From Ruditapes philippinarum (lineage: Eukaryota), in NCBI RefSeq assembly GCF_026571515.1, contig NW_026855127.1, positions 124,001 through 188,000 of the forward strand: DNA of 64,000 bases, written 5' to 3'. The notes beneath the pieces were generated by a model. The model did not search any database. It worked only from the letters and a program-made list of their open reading frames with translations, and was not told the origin of the DNA. Both the position numbers and the translations under genes were made by a program. Shown one piece after another: positions 34,411 through 48,130 of the stretch. Numbering within the stretch: position 1 is the first letter of the stretch; the number at the start of each line of letters is the position of its first letter.

Positions 34411-37400
34411 TTTCCCCTCAAAGAATCATTTTGAACAAACTACTTAACATTTTATCTTTTTTGTTGCTGTTGTTGTTTCCTTGCCAATTTGTTATTTTCA
34501 CGTTCTTATTGAGGTCCTATATATTTTAATGTTCTTAATTTTAAAAGCAATAAGACTAAAAATAGTCTAAAAATAGAAATTGTGTTTTTCATTTTATTTA
34601 TTTCCCACAAGACACACTCATATACTGTGTTGAATTTTCAACTGAATATTGCCTTAGGTTTCACAGCTAAATTACACAAATTCAATTTTCGTTTTAAAAC
34701 CTTTTAAAAGCAAGAACGCATTAAGATTCAAAGTATGACTGAAAATGACGGTGACGGATAAATAGGGTTTTAAATTTTACAGAAAACATATTAGGCACAT
34801 TGCAAGTGTACAATCTATTTTGGTTAAACCTGATTATTTTTTAAGTGGATTTGCATTGCACAGTCCATAGAAAGTCAAACGGATTTCTATATCAAAATAT
34901 TAAAATATTGCTACCAAAAGTATAGAGCCTGGTCAGATTTCACAGATGTACATAATGGCCTTGGTCTATGCTGGTTGCAAAGGCTAATGGTCAGTTCCAG
35001 TTTACGTTGATACGAAGGGTCACAGTTTTTTTCTATAGACATACAGGATAACGAGAATTGTTTTATATAATATATCCTTTAAAAAAATCCAACATTAAAG
35101 AATTAGTTAACAAAAACATTTTATAATTAGCGAACGAAATAGGTGGTCCTTTTCCTTTTTTTGCGAATTTTCTGCATTTTATTTTCGGTCATGCTGGACA
35201 GGCTACAGGCTAACATTCTCTAAAAACAATATAAAATTATTTTTTGCTCTTTCTAAAGAAGTATAAATCTATTTATTTCCGAGGCGTTAATGTCTTAAAC
35301 TGGCTGGTTCATCTTTAATATCAACATACAGAATCATACAGGATCATCAATAACACTTTTATGCGTATGTATCTGGTTGCATTTTGCAGGGATCTTACTG
35401 TCACTTGTTACTGTCAAACTTTATTATCTATTAAAAATGTTTGCAGAAAAAACAAATAAGCCATAATCAGTAACTGTAAGTAACTGTAGGTATTTAAGAT
35501 AGTATGAAGATAATATATGATTCTTAAAGAAACATAATAAATGTTTAGAATGGTACGTGATATATTTGATTTTTGGAGTTAAATACGTAAACTAATTTCA
35601 TGACACAAACACATCCCATAGAGACATACAAAACAAACAAAGTACAAAACTATATATAGAAAGATTCATATTTTATATGAATTACTTATATAAGAATACT
35701 TGTTTATCTAAATATATTATGCTTTGTACTACAAAAAGTCCTTTGAGACGCACCTACGCTTAATTATTGACGTCACAAAAACTTCTTTATAAAAGAATAC
35801 TCCAGAGCATCAATATGCTATTGACACTGGATTTAGTTTAATGGATATAATGAATTCCTTAAAATAGAACAATAACTGTAAGAATGCATTAACAGTTTTT
35901 TGGGATGGGGAATGGGAACGAGAAAAACATTATCAAATTATCAGGTTGTTCAATAGTTTAGAAGAAATTTACAATAAGTAAATTTTATTTATAATTTATT
36001 GAATTGATTTTTATAACTTATTGAATTGAATCATGATGTTTCCTGTGAAAATATCAATTTTCTCGAGTAATTCATTATATACTATTAGTCTGATTTTGTT
36101 TAGGATTCATTTTCAATTTAGTTTGAAATGTGTTGTTTACAGTAAAGTCAGACCAAAAGCACTCAACCCAAGCAAAATGTCTGGTGGTTTTCCTCGAGGC
36201 ATGATCGTTTTTTTTAATCGGCGATATGTTCTTTTTGTATATAAAGTGTTTAAATATTCGTGAAAAGACCATTTTTTCGAATCAACCGTTAATACACAAT
36301 GTGTCTGATTCCGTTACATTATCGTTTTATGTATTAGTTTGGAGGTGTTTTAATGCAATAGAAAGCCAAAAGCAGCAAAACAAGCAAAACTTCCGGGAGA
36401 CGTTTGATTGTTTTATTGTTTTTGTTTTTTTTTGGTTTTTTTTGTTGTTGTTTGTTCTTTTTTGACCGGCTATTGGTTCCTTCTTTATGTACAAAGTGTA
36501 TACATTTTCGTTAACGGCCTATAGTAAATGATATTATGACTGACTCGTTTTGATGGTCGGGCGGGGGTTGCGTTCATTGAACGCCAGCTTTCCTTGAAGA
36601 TCTTGTTTATCATATTTATTTTGACTTTATCGTTTTTGTACCTGTTATGAATTTAGTCATCTGGACGTGTTCACTAAAGTAGAAAATTACCCCTGTCAAT
36701 CACTTTAAAAGAAAAATGCCGATTTACATCGTTGACATTTTTACAATCCTCACATTTAATTTTAAAGCTTATTATAGTTTTGTATGTATTTTATCAGGAT
36801 TACATTTAGATACATGGATGGTAAGTAAAGGTTGGTGATTTAAATCATGAGATAGTAATGGTTGCCGGTTTCGCCCATTTCAAACCCGCGTAAAATTTAA
36901 TCGTTTTATCATAAAATGTCGCGAGTAACTTACAAATCCACGAGATTTTCTGTCGAAATCGTACGAAATTTTGCGAGGAACGTCTAAACCTCGGTATTTT
37001 ATAGCAATTGTTGGAAACGGTAAAGAAAAATTTGACTTCAGTGGCCGGTAGCGTCCATGCTTTGACACCAGATTTTATATCATATTAAAAGTCATTGCTC
37101 CTTTAGCATAACTTGAATGTAATGATGTATCATTGCAACAATTAAAAACAGTTGAAACACAACGAATTGGAACATTAATTGCTTCAATTTCTATATTTTG
37201 ATTATATTTTTGCCCTTTTATTTAAAAGTAACATTTATTTCTCTCACTTTACTTCGACAAAGATTGATTAATCTGTTCGCTTTATGGCGGAACATTTAAT
37301 GCTCACATCTCATTTGGGAATTACCATTATATTTGACGTGGTGTTCGAAAATTTTCTTTGTGTATATCATCTTAATAGTAATCTCTTTCTAATTTCGGGG

Positions 37401-38954
37401 CGAAACGAAGTTTGTTGTCAAAAAACATTAACATAAGCTTTTGAAAAAAAAGGTATTTTAGAAACATAAAACGAGTAAATTGCAATTTGAGAATAAAATG
37501 ACAGTGCTGTTTTAATTCAATTCTAACTTTAATTTTTCATTTTTTTAATTGTTCTTATTCCATTTCACTATTATTCAACCTTTATTTATAAAAATATTTA
37601 TAAATGTAGCAATTTACACCTGATATGATATAATAGTATAGTCATATTCGAAAGATGGTTATGCCCTAAGTGACCGTCTTAATATACACTCCGTGACCGT
37701 TTTCCGCGAGTTTTAGTTAGTTACTAGAAATGCGATGATTGCTTAAGGCTAAAAATAAATAGTTATTCTGAGAAGAAACTTTCATTCCATTAGTCAATTA
37801 AACGCCTCCATGTGCCGGAGTAGAGGTACGCAATTTTTAATTGAATAAGTGAAAAAACATAGGAACCTGTCTTGAGTACATATGACAAATCATGTCTATT
37901 CTTTAACTTCCAGTGGATGAGATAGTGAAAACAAGCAGCTGACATTTGTTAACATTTTGTTAACATTTAAAATGCTTAAATACAAATGTAACACTTTGCA
38001 ACGCTGGAGGGTACTTTTGAATTGGAGAAGTAGAAATATATCGAAAAAATATCAAATACGTACTTTGAGAATTGAAAAATCTCGCTCTCGGCCTAATGAT
38101 ATTACAAATTACATAAAATGTCGTGTAAATAGACATATTTAAGACACAAATTAAGGAGACTGACAAATAGGAAGGTAAATTTATTTGAAATTAGGTAAAT
38201 CTAGGAAAGACTTACGTCTGTTCGCCAAAGAAATTAATGTATATTTCAGATACTTTAATTAACTTCCTCTTAAGGTAATTTAGTTCCTGTTTCGGCAATT
38301 ACGTTGTACTTATGATGATTCAGTTGCACTGAATAAAGATACAAAATAATGAATGCTCTTACAGGATGCGTTTCAATACACCGAAACTTACATTTCGAAG
38401 AGCGTTCGTATGTTTACGTATTTTGTTGCAAAAAAATAAATAATAATAATTTGAGAACGTGTTGCGTTGCATTTCTTACATTGACACGTTTTGTGGCGAT
38501 AGTTTGCCATTTTACCGCATATAGTGTTTAGATTTTATTTTGTGTTAATGATAATTGTGTCCACTTTCATCACTGCCTTACTGTTTCACGTAAGGACTTG
38601 ACGAATTTACATAGTTAATTTTTCTTTTTTGTTCTTTATAATCATGAATGATTTTAATAAGATACCCTCAAGTCGGATGTTTTAAACTGATATGTATGTT
38701 TAGCAATGAATTTATGCAACTTGAAGATGACCATGATGATTTTCAATTTTGTCCACCATGTTATGAGCATAACCTTCGTAATCATATAAGTGCTGCAAAT
38801 CTGCTCGCTTCCGGAAAATCCATCCGCCAATATTTTGTTGTCGTGATGCCGCTAAATCTGTTAAAATTGTCAAAGTGTTCGTAATGTGAAGATATAATGA
38901 TACACATAGTTGTTGATACTGTAGTACCGACAGCAATGAAAGTTTAGCAATACA

Positions 38955-39190
38955 AGCGGTGGTAGTGCTGGTAATGGTTGTGGGAATGATACTGTAGTAG
39001 TAATACAAGTATAAGTGGTATTAGTGTAAGTGGTAGTAGTGGTAATGGTAGACGTGTGCTAGTGGTGACAGTTTTAGTGGTGGTGAAAGTGGTATCAGTT
39101 GTTGTGGAAGTAGTGTAAATGGCTGTGTTACTGATTGTTATGTTAGCAGTTCATATTGTTGCAGTGATAGTGACAGCAAAAAAAGTAGTG
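38955..39190. repeat. Degenerate (GTA/GTG)n low-complexity tract
   Basis: ggtggtagtgctggtaatgg..gtggtagtagtggtaatggtag. Confidence 0.75.
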
Positions 39191-40876
39191 GAAATCTTTG
39201 TCAGTAGTATACATATAAGATTTGTCTATTATATATCTGCGTTGGTTGTAGAACTAAATGTGGTAAAAACCATACCGTTAAGGGTCATTTATTTGTGAAA
39301 ATCAAAAGCTCTGCCTAATATAAAGACTGTATGGCAAAGCACAATGATAAAAATGATTTTAAATTTTCCACTAATCATGCGCTATATTTACATTTGTCAA
39401 AAGTGGATTCGCATACCAAACGTATAATGTTTGGGTACAACGTAAGTACAAAGTAAACTTATGACGAAATATTTCAACTTTTTCAAGTTAATGGTTTCAG
39501 TTATTATACAAATATGTAAAGAAACAGTGAATTTGAGAGAAGAAGCCGTACATAACATGCATCACGATCAAGCCGATGGAAAATTCTCTCGCTTCGAATC
39601 TGGTGACGCGCAATTAGACGAAGAATGAACTAAAATTATGTGTGCCCTGAAAATTGAGAAGGTTATTGTTTGTACCTTTTACACTATAACATCACGAATT
39701 TTACAGTAAGAAAGGAAAAATATCGTTTTCGGTTACTGCACAGTACTAATAACTCATCAAAAAACATTAATGGAAGAGCACTACTTGCTCAGTCTTCTCA
39801 CTATATGGACATTTCTCACTCAGCATAGATTTTTCCGGGAACATAACCCATTTAACACTGTTCTACCAATAAACAAAACTCATAGAGCACTTAGAAATAC
39901 TCACTTCCTACGCTTTAATAAAAAGTTGGGGTAAGGAAAGAAATTTACATGTTCAGAGGTTGGCTACAACTCGATTGTGGTTTGAAACAAATCATGACGA
40001 CGGGGGAATATTATAGTTTTTAGAAAAAGAGAAAGCATATCACAAAACATCTTGCTATCTAATTTTTACTCGATGGCAAGACCCCCTTGTGTAAATCATA
40101 TAAACTCGTCTTTTAGTGTTCTTTCTATTATATAACATATCTATATAAATAGACTTTACGATAATGATCTGTGTTACAAATAAGTTGAACATTGTTTTTA
40201 ACGTCTCATAAATCAGCGATAAAATCATTTAAAATGTCCTGTTCTATCAACAATTTTTGCTAATGTGTCAGTAAATGTAAATGATTCAAATCTTACTTAC
40301 CCAGAATCTAAGCTTTATCAAGATTATAAATAGAATAAAGCGGTTGCCGTAAATTAGAGCATTAATGTTGCCTGTGGGGGTTTTAAAGATCAAACATAAA
40401 CGCCCGTGGTGTCCATTTCATTTCATTAAATCTACTTTAAACGTCCAATAAAGTTTTACGCGCACAAGAAACCCATTGTTGCCTTATGAACATGTAAGGA
40501 GCGCAATTATAAGGTCGTTACCTCTAAAATAGAGTGTTATAAAGGTCAAGGTCAAACACTAATGTCAATTGTAAAAATGCAAACTTCTCGTGTCCGCTCA
40601 ACAATATTAAACTGTTTAAAACAACGTTAAATATATTGACACAAATAATCAACACCACAAAAAGGTCGCTGTCCCAAAGGTTAAACTAAAAGGTCAAGAC
40701 TCATAGCTCGACACTTCCTGTCATTTCCACAACTTAAAAAACGACTCTGAACAAATGAATTCAATAACGAATAAATGTGTAAAGCGGAACATTATAGGTC
40801 ACTGTGATATCATATTGGTTTTGTAGTACATTTAGGCTAAACACCTTATCCAGTAGACTCTCAGGAGAAGAGGAAC

Positions 40877-40930
40877 TACAACAACAACAACAACAACAAC
40901 AACGACGACGACGACACCAGCAACAATAAT
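40877..40930. repeat. (ACA)n(ACG)n microsatellite
   Basis: acaacaacaacaacaacaacaacaacgacgacgacgac. Confidence 0.9.
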
Positions 40931-43900
40931 AAGTAAGATAATATCAATTTACATACATGACCTAAAACAAGCGTTTTGCTAATTGTCCCTAGAATATTGA
41001 TAACATTGATGTCTTATTATGACTCATTGTTCTTTTACACATCAGTAACTCTTTATCTGTTATCGTCTCTAGAGATCATGTCTTCTTGTTTTCTTTCTCT
41101 GGAGTATAAAACGTGAAAGCCTTTCTTCAATAAGATTAATTTGAGGCAAAATATATTGTTCTCTCTCTGAAATAGTTCTATAGTTTTTGTCCGCTTTGTT
41201 AATATCAAGTAACGTAAATCCTTTCTTAGACAAAACCCGCCAGTTATTATGATATATAAATATACATTTATCAGGTCTTTAATACGATGAAAGCGTCGTG
41301 TAAAAAAAATCAAGATAAAATTTAAAAACGTATGTGTTGATTTAAGCATTTTTGGACCCACCTCAATACAGGTCAGTACCATATGTGTAACTGTCTTACG
41401 ACTACAAACCTTCAATTGAGTAAATTTGAATCAATAAACTTCATTGCAGTACTACAAATATCTTCGCAGTTTCATTTTTAATCTAGTCAGGTTTCAGTAA
41501 GGACTCAGTAAAACCGAGCCTGCGATTGACAGATATGTGTTCTTCTATGCTTTATTGTTATTAAAGAATGTGTACTTAAGGATATCCTTAGTAGCATGAC
41601 TGAACAGCTTAACTATACAGCAACAAACTGAATTTTGAAAGTTTTACTATTTACCCTGTTGGAACATGAAGAATAAAGCCTTTGCCACAAGTGTTTGGCC
41701 AAGCCAGCAAGCACATTCACAGCCGGCATTTACCATTTTGCCCGATTTGTCTCCGATAGCCCGCGAAGCACAGGCTCATGTCAGCCTTTTGAATGCATAT
41801 TAAGTCTGCTGGTATGAAACACGAACATTTTTGAGAGCGTGTATTTTCATAACATGATTTTTTCTCCATTAATGTTTCATGAAATCAAAATACTGCATAT
41901 TTTCTTCTTTTGTTTTTAGAACCGTAATTTACGACGCTTTCAATCTTTTAAATTCAGGAAAACATCTAAAAAAATAGGGAGTGACAAAACGTATTCTTAT
42001 TATGGAAAGTCATACTCGTAGTTTGATGACAGTTCTTGGAATAGTTCATATAAATACTTTTCGATGATACTTTTCTTAACAATCTTTTAAAATATCTTAG
42101 ATGTCTGCATTGTACATCCTTGTAATTCTTTGTAAGATATGATCTGGAAAATTTAGATTATGGCTTTTAAGAAAAGGTACGATGAAACTTGCCACATAAA
42201 AATAATTAAAACACTTTTGCTGAATTTGAACACAGCAAAACAGGAAAAAAGTTATTAAATTCATACTCGACGACCCTCAATCTGGTCAGCTTTAATTCTT
42301 GAACTGTCTGTAAACAATTTTTGGTATTCAATATAATAATTCAAAGTTAGTCAGGCAACAATATGGAGCCTTCTAAGACTTGATGGATATGCAGTTTGTC
42401 TGTGTTAGAGGACAATTAATATTAGTCATGGGTTTAGTGTAGTTTGGCCTTCAGAAAGGCAAACCTGTACTAAAATCCAATTCACATTTCTGCCTACAGT
42501 TTAAGACTATGAAATATAATAGAATGAATGCAAAAAAGGAGAGAAAACTTGTTTGTCAAAGTAAACATTCCTATTCTCAAGTATATATAAAACTTTCACA
42601 AGTAAGTAGATCTATGAATGATGGTGGTGAATGTTTCAGATTTATTAAAACCACTAAGTTATATAACTGTTTTACTAAATATATAATTTATTCATTGAAT
42701 ATATAAGTGTTACAAGGTCTGTAAGAATAAATATAATATTAAACTAAACAAACATATGTACCATTTTTATAAGCGACTATTTTCAAACGTCTGAGTATTC
42801 TTGATGACCTTTTGTACACGACCAGGATTTTGTTTTCGTTAACATGATATTGAGAAGAAAGTATGTTTGTTACTGATTACTAGTATATATATATATTTGT
42901 AAATTTTCTATAGTGTCTACAGCAAATCCACGTCTAGCCGGATTTGTCAATATTTTTATTTGCCCTGCTAGTTTTCATACGCTAATGGACACTCCTTACA
43001 AAGTAACTTTCAATTATTTCTGAACTGACATAAAAGACAAATATCTGGGAAACCTTTCCGTTTTTATAAGAAGATACCGGTATATGTCTTAGTTTGCTAA
43101 CACTTATTTTCTATTCAGTACATATGAAAGTTGTATCTATATTTCATATTTAAGTAAACTACATTAACGACATTTATAGTAAGCTGATAAAAAGATTTTT
43201 TTCTTTGCGCAATGTATCACAACTTAAAAATACCATGTTCAATGTGTACACAATTTATAAAATTTAACAGAAAACCCACATTAAACCCCTTTTTAGCTTA
43301 ACAAATAGAAAATTTAAAATTTTAAATTTTTTAAAAAATCTTTTTAACTTTTTTGGTGACTTTTTTATAAAACCCAAAAACACACAATTGTAATTAAAAT
43401 TTCCCAAAAGGTTAAAACGTCTGTAGGGTTTTTTTCAACGAAGAAAAACAACGTGCAATGTAAGACTTTTTCCCCAATATGCAATGTTTTTTGCCTTTAA
43501 GGGTGGGGCATGGGAATTGCGCCCCCGTTTTACCCCCCAATCTGACTTTAAGGGGCGCTTAATGGGTTCAAATTACTGGGAATCAAAAATACTCTAGCAG
43601 ATTAGATATTTTTACCCATGGTTTTGGGCTAAAAGGGTTTTGTAACACCCCGATTTTAGCCAAAACATCTTTCCGGGGTTTGGCGCCATATCGCCATATA
43701 TAACGAAAAATAGTATCCCTAAAGAAAGCTCAACACGAAAAAGTTAAAAAAATATGCAGATTTGGTTTGATTGAGCCTGTTCTTGGACGGTACTGGAAAT
43801 TGCTAAGTGACCATCCACACCCCTAGCTACGGCTTAAGCAGAACACGAAAATGGAAAAAGTTTTGGATTAATTGCGTTGGTGATGATATCTTTTCAATTT

Positions 43901-46900
43901 CAAATTTTTACACTTTAGCTAGCATTGAATGCATTTAACAAAGCAAGATGAAGTTAAGGTTGTTTAAGGCTTTCTATTATGAAGTCAGTTAAGTGATACT
44001 TTCATATAGTTGCAAGATTTATTATCTGTTCTTAGTAATTCTTCAAGATTAAGAGATACAGTGATTAGAAGACATGCCAAAAAAGAAAAAGAAATGCATA
44101 AAAACAAAATAATAAAAATCACTATAGAGACAAACAACAAATATATAAATTATACGTAAAATGAAGAATAGTGAAATAATTCACCTTTTATCGTAAAATC
44201 TTGTGTTCTCATTTCCCTACAGAATTCATTTTATTGATCGACTTGCTTTTATTACCGTATAGCATGGCGATAAAACTGCTCTTTAGTAAATGAATCTTTT
44301 GTCAGCGGTACAAATGACACGTTAATGGGAAACACTTTTACATTGAATACAAATTAGATACTTTAGACTGAAGTGATGAAGTGTAACATTACCTGTGAGC
44401 TTTTAGTTCATAACGAACACTAAGACATTTCTTAAAAAATTATAGATTTTGATGACAGGAATTATCGGTAGCATCTGCGGTTCTTTATGGATTCTGTTTT
44501 TCTCTATTATATTGCCATATAAATGTTGTTTTTGCCATGTTACGGCTTTAAAAAGCCTCCCCGTACATTTAATCAAAGATGTTAGATTTTCGATCATTGA
44601 AGATCGTTCAGGACGACATTATCGTGTGTTTACATGTAATGTGGATTTTTATTTGTTTCTTCTTTCGGCTTTTTTCAACTTGGGTGATTCCAGTATTCCT
44701 ACTTGAATACTGTATAATCACCCTTAGGAAACGTTGTCTTTTTAAATTTGTCTTTTGACGTCTTGTCTGTGATATACAGTCTTCATAACCTCAGATCCCC
44801 TTTCAAAATTCCATTTTATTTAGTTCAGCCTATTTTTGTCTTCTTTAGGACACATACATTCTTTTACTTCGGAACCATACGCCGCTTTTTATGGAATTGC
44901 ATTACTGTGTCAAATTGAAGGTTCCATGATAGCCGCCATATGAACACATCTGCGGATGTTTCTAAATTAAAAATTTCACCCTTTTCGTGTTTAAATGTTG
45001 AATTCTGCTTAAGCCGGTGCTTTCTTCTCCATTAATGTTTATCTGACTGTGCAGTTTTTATGCAGAAATCCCTTTATAAGATACGATTATAATACATTAA
45101 ATAATTGAAAAAAATATGATTAGAATCATGATCAAAGGAACATCAAAAAAAGTATTGATAGTAATGGTGTAAGAGTTCAAAGCAAATTAATGGTTAAATT
45201 AATTAGTATAATTTAAAGGGCATTACTTTTATTATTCTTTGAAAAAGTTGAAAAAAAAGAAACAAATTGAATAACAAATTAAATTGTTTAATATGCAATT
45301 TTCATATACATGTATCGTCTGCTTGTTAATAAACCCCTTGCAATGAGATACGACTATCAACATTGAAAACAAAAATAAAAAAGTGAAGATTCATTGCATC
45401 ATTTTGAATGAAATTGTTCCATAATTGTTTTCAAATCAATGAAACGTTAGACATTATACGTTAACAAATCACTTTTATAAAAATGATAGACACGGGGTTT
45501 CCTGCAAGAACCGTGAAAAAATGTCAACGAAAATCTCCCAGTAGACCATCAACGTTACTTTAGGAATTTGAATAACAAAGACAATAAATCATACTTAAAG
45601 GCGGATTTACAAGATACTTTCAACACAATTTACTTGTCACAACTTACAGACATTCAGACCGGAGAAATTATCTAAACGATTTTGATCGCGGCCATCATGT
45701 GAATGTATGATGAAAGGTAGTATTCAAACATCCAAAAATAATATCTGATATCATTATCAATATTAAAATATTTCAAATATCATTGAATGTAAGAGGATTT
45801 TATATTTCCATTATTTGGTGTGACAAAAAACATAAGTCATTAGAATCAAATATTTAACTTTGTTTTACTCTGAAAATAAAGAGAATCAAGGCGATATTAC
45901 AATCTGTGAAAACACTTGCTAATATGTGAATATACAGTTCAATGAAACCTAAATAAATGTTATTTATATTAATCGCATTCGGACAACAATGTATTATAAA
46001 TACCATAATAAAGCGTTAATTTGTGAGCATTTAAATATACAATTTTAATTTGTGCATTGCACCTACCTTGATGGCAATCATTTGAACCTTTGACAAATGC
46101 GTCAGTAGTTCGAGGCTTTAGATATGTAGTGTTCAACCTGGTCGAAATTCGAATTTTGAAAGCGATGTTCTTCATAATTTTTCTTTAAAGCAAATAAAAT
46201 CATTTGGTTTAATTTATTATTCTATTTTATAACAGTAACTAATATACTAGAGGATTTTGCAGCTGTGTTCTATAAGAATATTATTATGAGAATGATTTAT
46301 AAGGTAAAGCTATATTGTTTGAGTTTTATGTTGAATGGAATTGAACAGATACATGAGGTTAATGACATTTACCACAATTCATAAATATACATAAGGAATT
46401 TAATTTTTTTTATATATATTTTCTAAAGAGGTCTAATAAGTTTATAATGAAAAAGTATGTATGTATTTAAATACTAATGAATTCGTATCAAATGCAATTA
46501 AATATTGCTAAGTTACCACTTTGGTTTTCATTTAGTATAATGGGAAAGGTTTAAATTAAAGTTGCATTAACGTTTTGAAACCCTTAAATTTAAATAGAAG
46601 AAATAAATTGACAATTTCATGATTTGTGTTATGTGTATATAGTAGTAAATTGCTGAATTGGTATATTCAACACTGTGTGCAATCGAAATCAAATTTTGAT
46701 TATAAATATGATAAAATTTTGAAACCATATAAATATTCAAATAAAGATACCGACAAAGCTGTTTTTCAAGAAGCCTTACTAATATTTGTGAAAGCTATTG
46801 AATATCAGAAATGCATCACATTACATAGTCTATTATAAACAAAGTACTCAAGAATCCGACTTGTAGTTTTTAAGTATTTATTTTTGGTCTCATTCCACTC

Positions 46901-47794
46901 TTTCCAGGTGTGACAAATTTCCATAATTCGAGTTGAAATGTTTTTTGTCCGACTTTTCTGCAAAAGTGTTATCAAAGATATCTTTTTTTTATAAATCAGT
47001 TTTGTGCAAGCAAAAATTAAAAAGAACCATAGTTTTGTTCAAGTACATAAATAAACTTTAATTATATGATTTATATATCTAAAATACCTTGCTTACTCGC
47101 GCCCTTTTTCATATATTTATATTGGCCTCAAATTTACTCATTTAGAAATAAAACCGCCATGATTTTGTTAAACTGATTTTTTGATATTGGTTAAATGTAT
47201 TTAATAATATCTAATTCATTTAATGTCACACGTGACTTTGAATCTGACGTAAGGATAAAAAACTTTGTCATTTTAAAGCACGAAATGCAGCACGTTGAGA
47301 TTAATGTGCATGAAAGCTATTTCGATTTTTGTTCCATCGAAAATGCATGTATTTAGTTCTGATATCAATAAAGAATTTATTCCTATTAACCATCCCGATT
47401 TAGCAATTAGCAAAGTGATGTCATGCTAATATGTTGTTGTCATTATGAGCTAAAATGACTATATATTTGAAAGATTGACTTTGATAATGGTAATAATGGT
47501 GGTTGACCAACAGTTGATATTGAAAAATGTTTTGAAAAAAAAAATATGCCTAAAATAAAAAAAACGTCCAACTGTTTTTTTTATAAACTTAACGTACAAA
47601 GTAAATTCCAATGGTTATTTACAGAACTTTTATTTAAGCATCTGATTTATTTATCGTTCATACGAAGTAAATAGAAATATAACAACATTTAAATTTAGTT
47701 TGACTGTCTCCTTTCGTTCCCTATTGCACTTGGATTGGCTTAATGCCACTTTAAAGTGTTACTTGCCTATTTTCCAAATGTAACTTTTTGTAAG

Positions 47795-48130
47795 TTGTAT
47801 CTTGAATTCTAATATTTACATTGACTTTCATTATATGATACAGCCAGCCGAATACAGGTCTATAAAACTGAGAGGAATACATTGAAGGTAAGAAGGCTAT
47901 AGTTTTTAAGAAAGTATCGTATCAATATCTGAATGTTACTTTAAGGTGTCATTTTTTGTATTTTTAAATGAAATCTTTTGTGAACTTGTATCTTGAATTC
48001 AAATATTTACTCAGCCCTTTATTTTATGATACATCCAGTCAAATACAGGCTTATACAACTCCGAAAGGAATCATTTATCACAAACCTTTAAAGTTGAGAA
48101 GGGTATTGTTTTTTTTTTAAGAAAATGTAT
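47795..48130. repeat. Diverged tandem duplication, ~191-bp period, 2 copies
   Basis: ttgtatcttgaattc(t/a)aatatttac..atgataca..aatacagg starts at 47795 and 47986. Confidence 0.75.
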
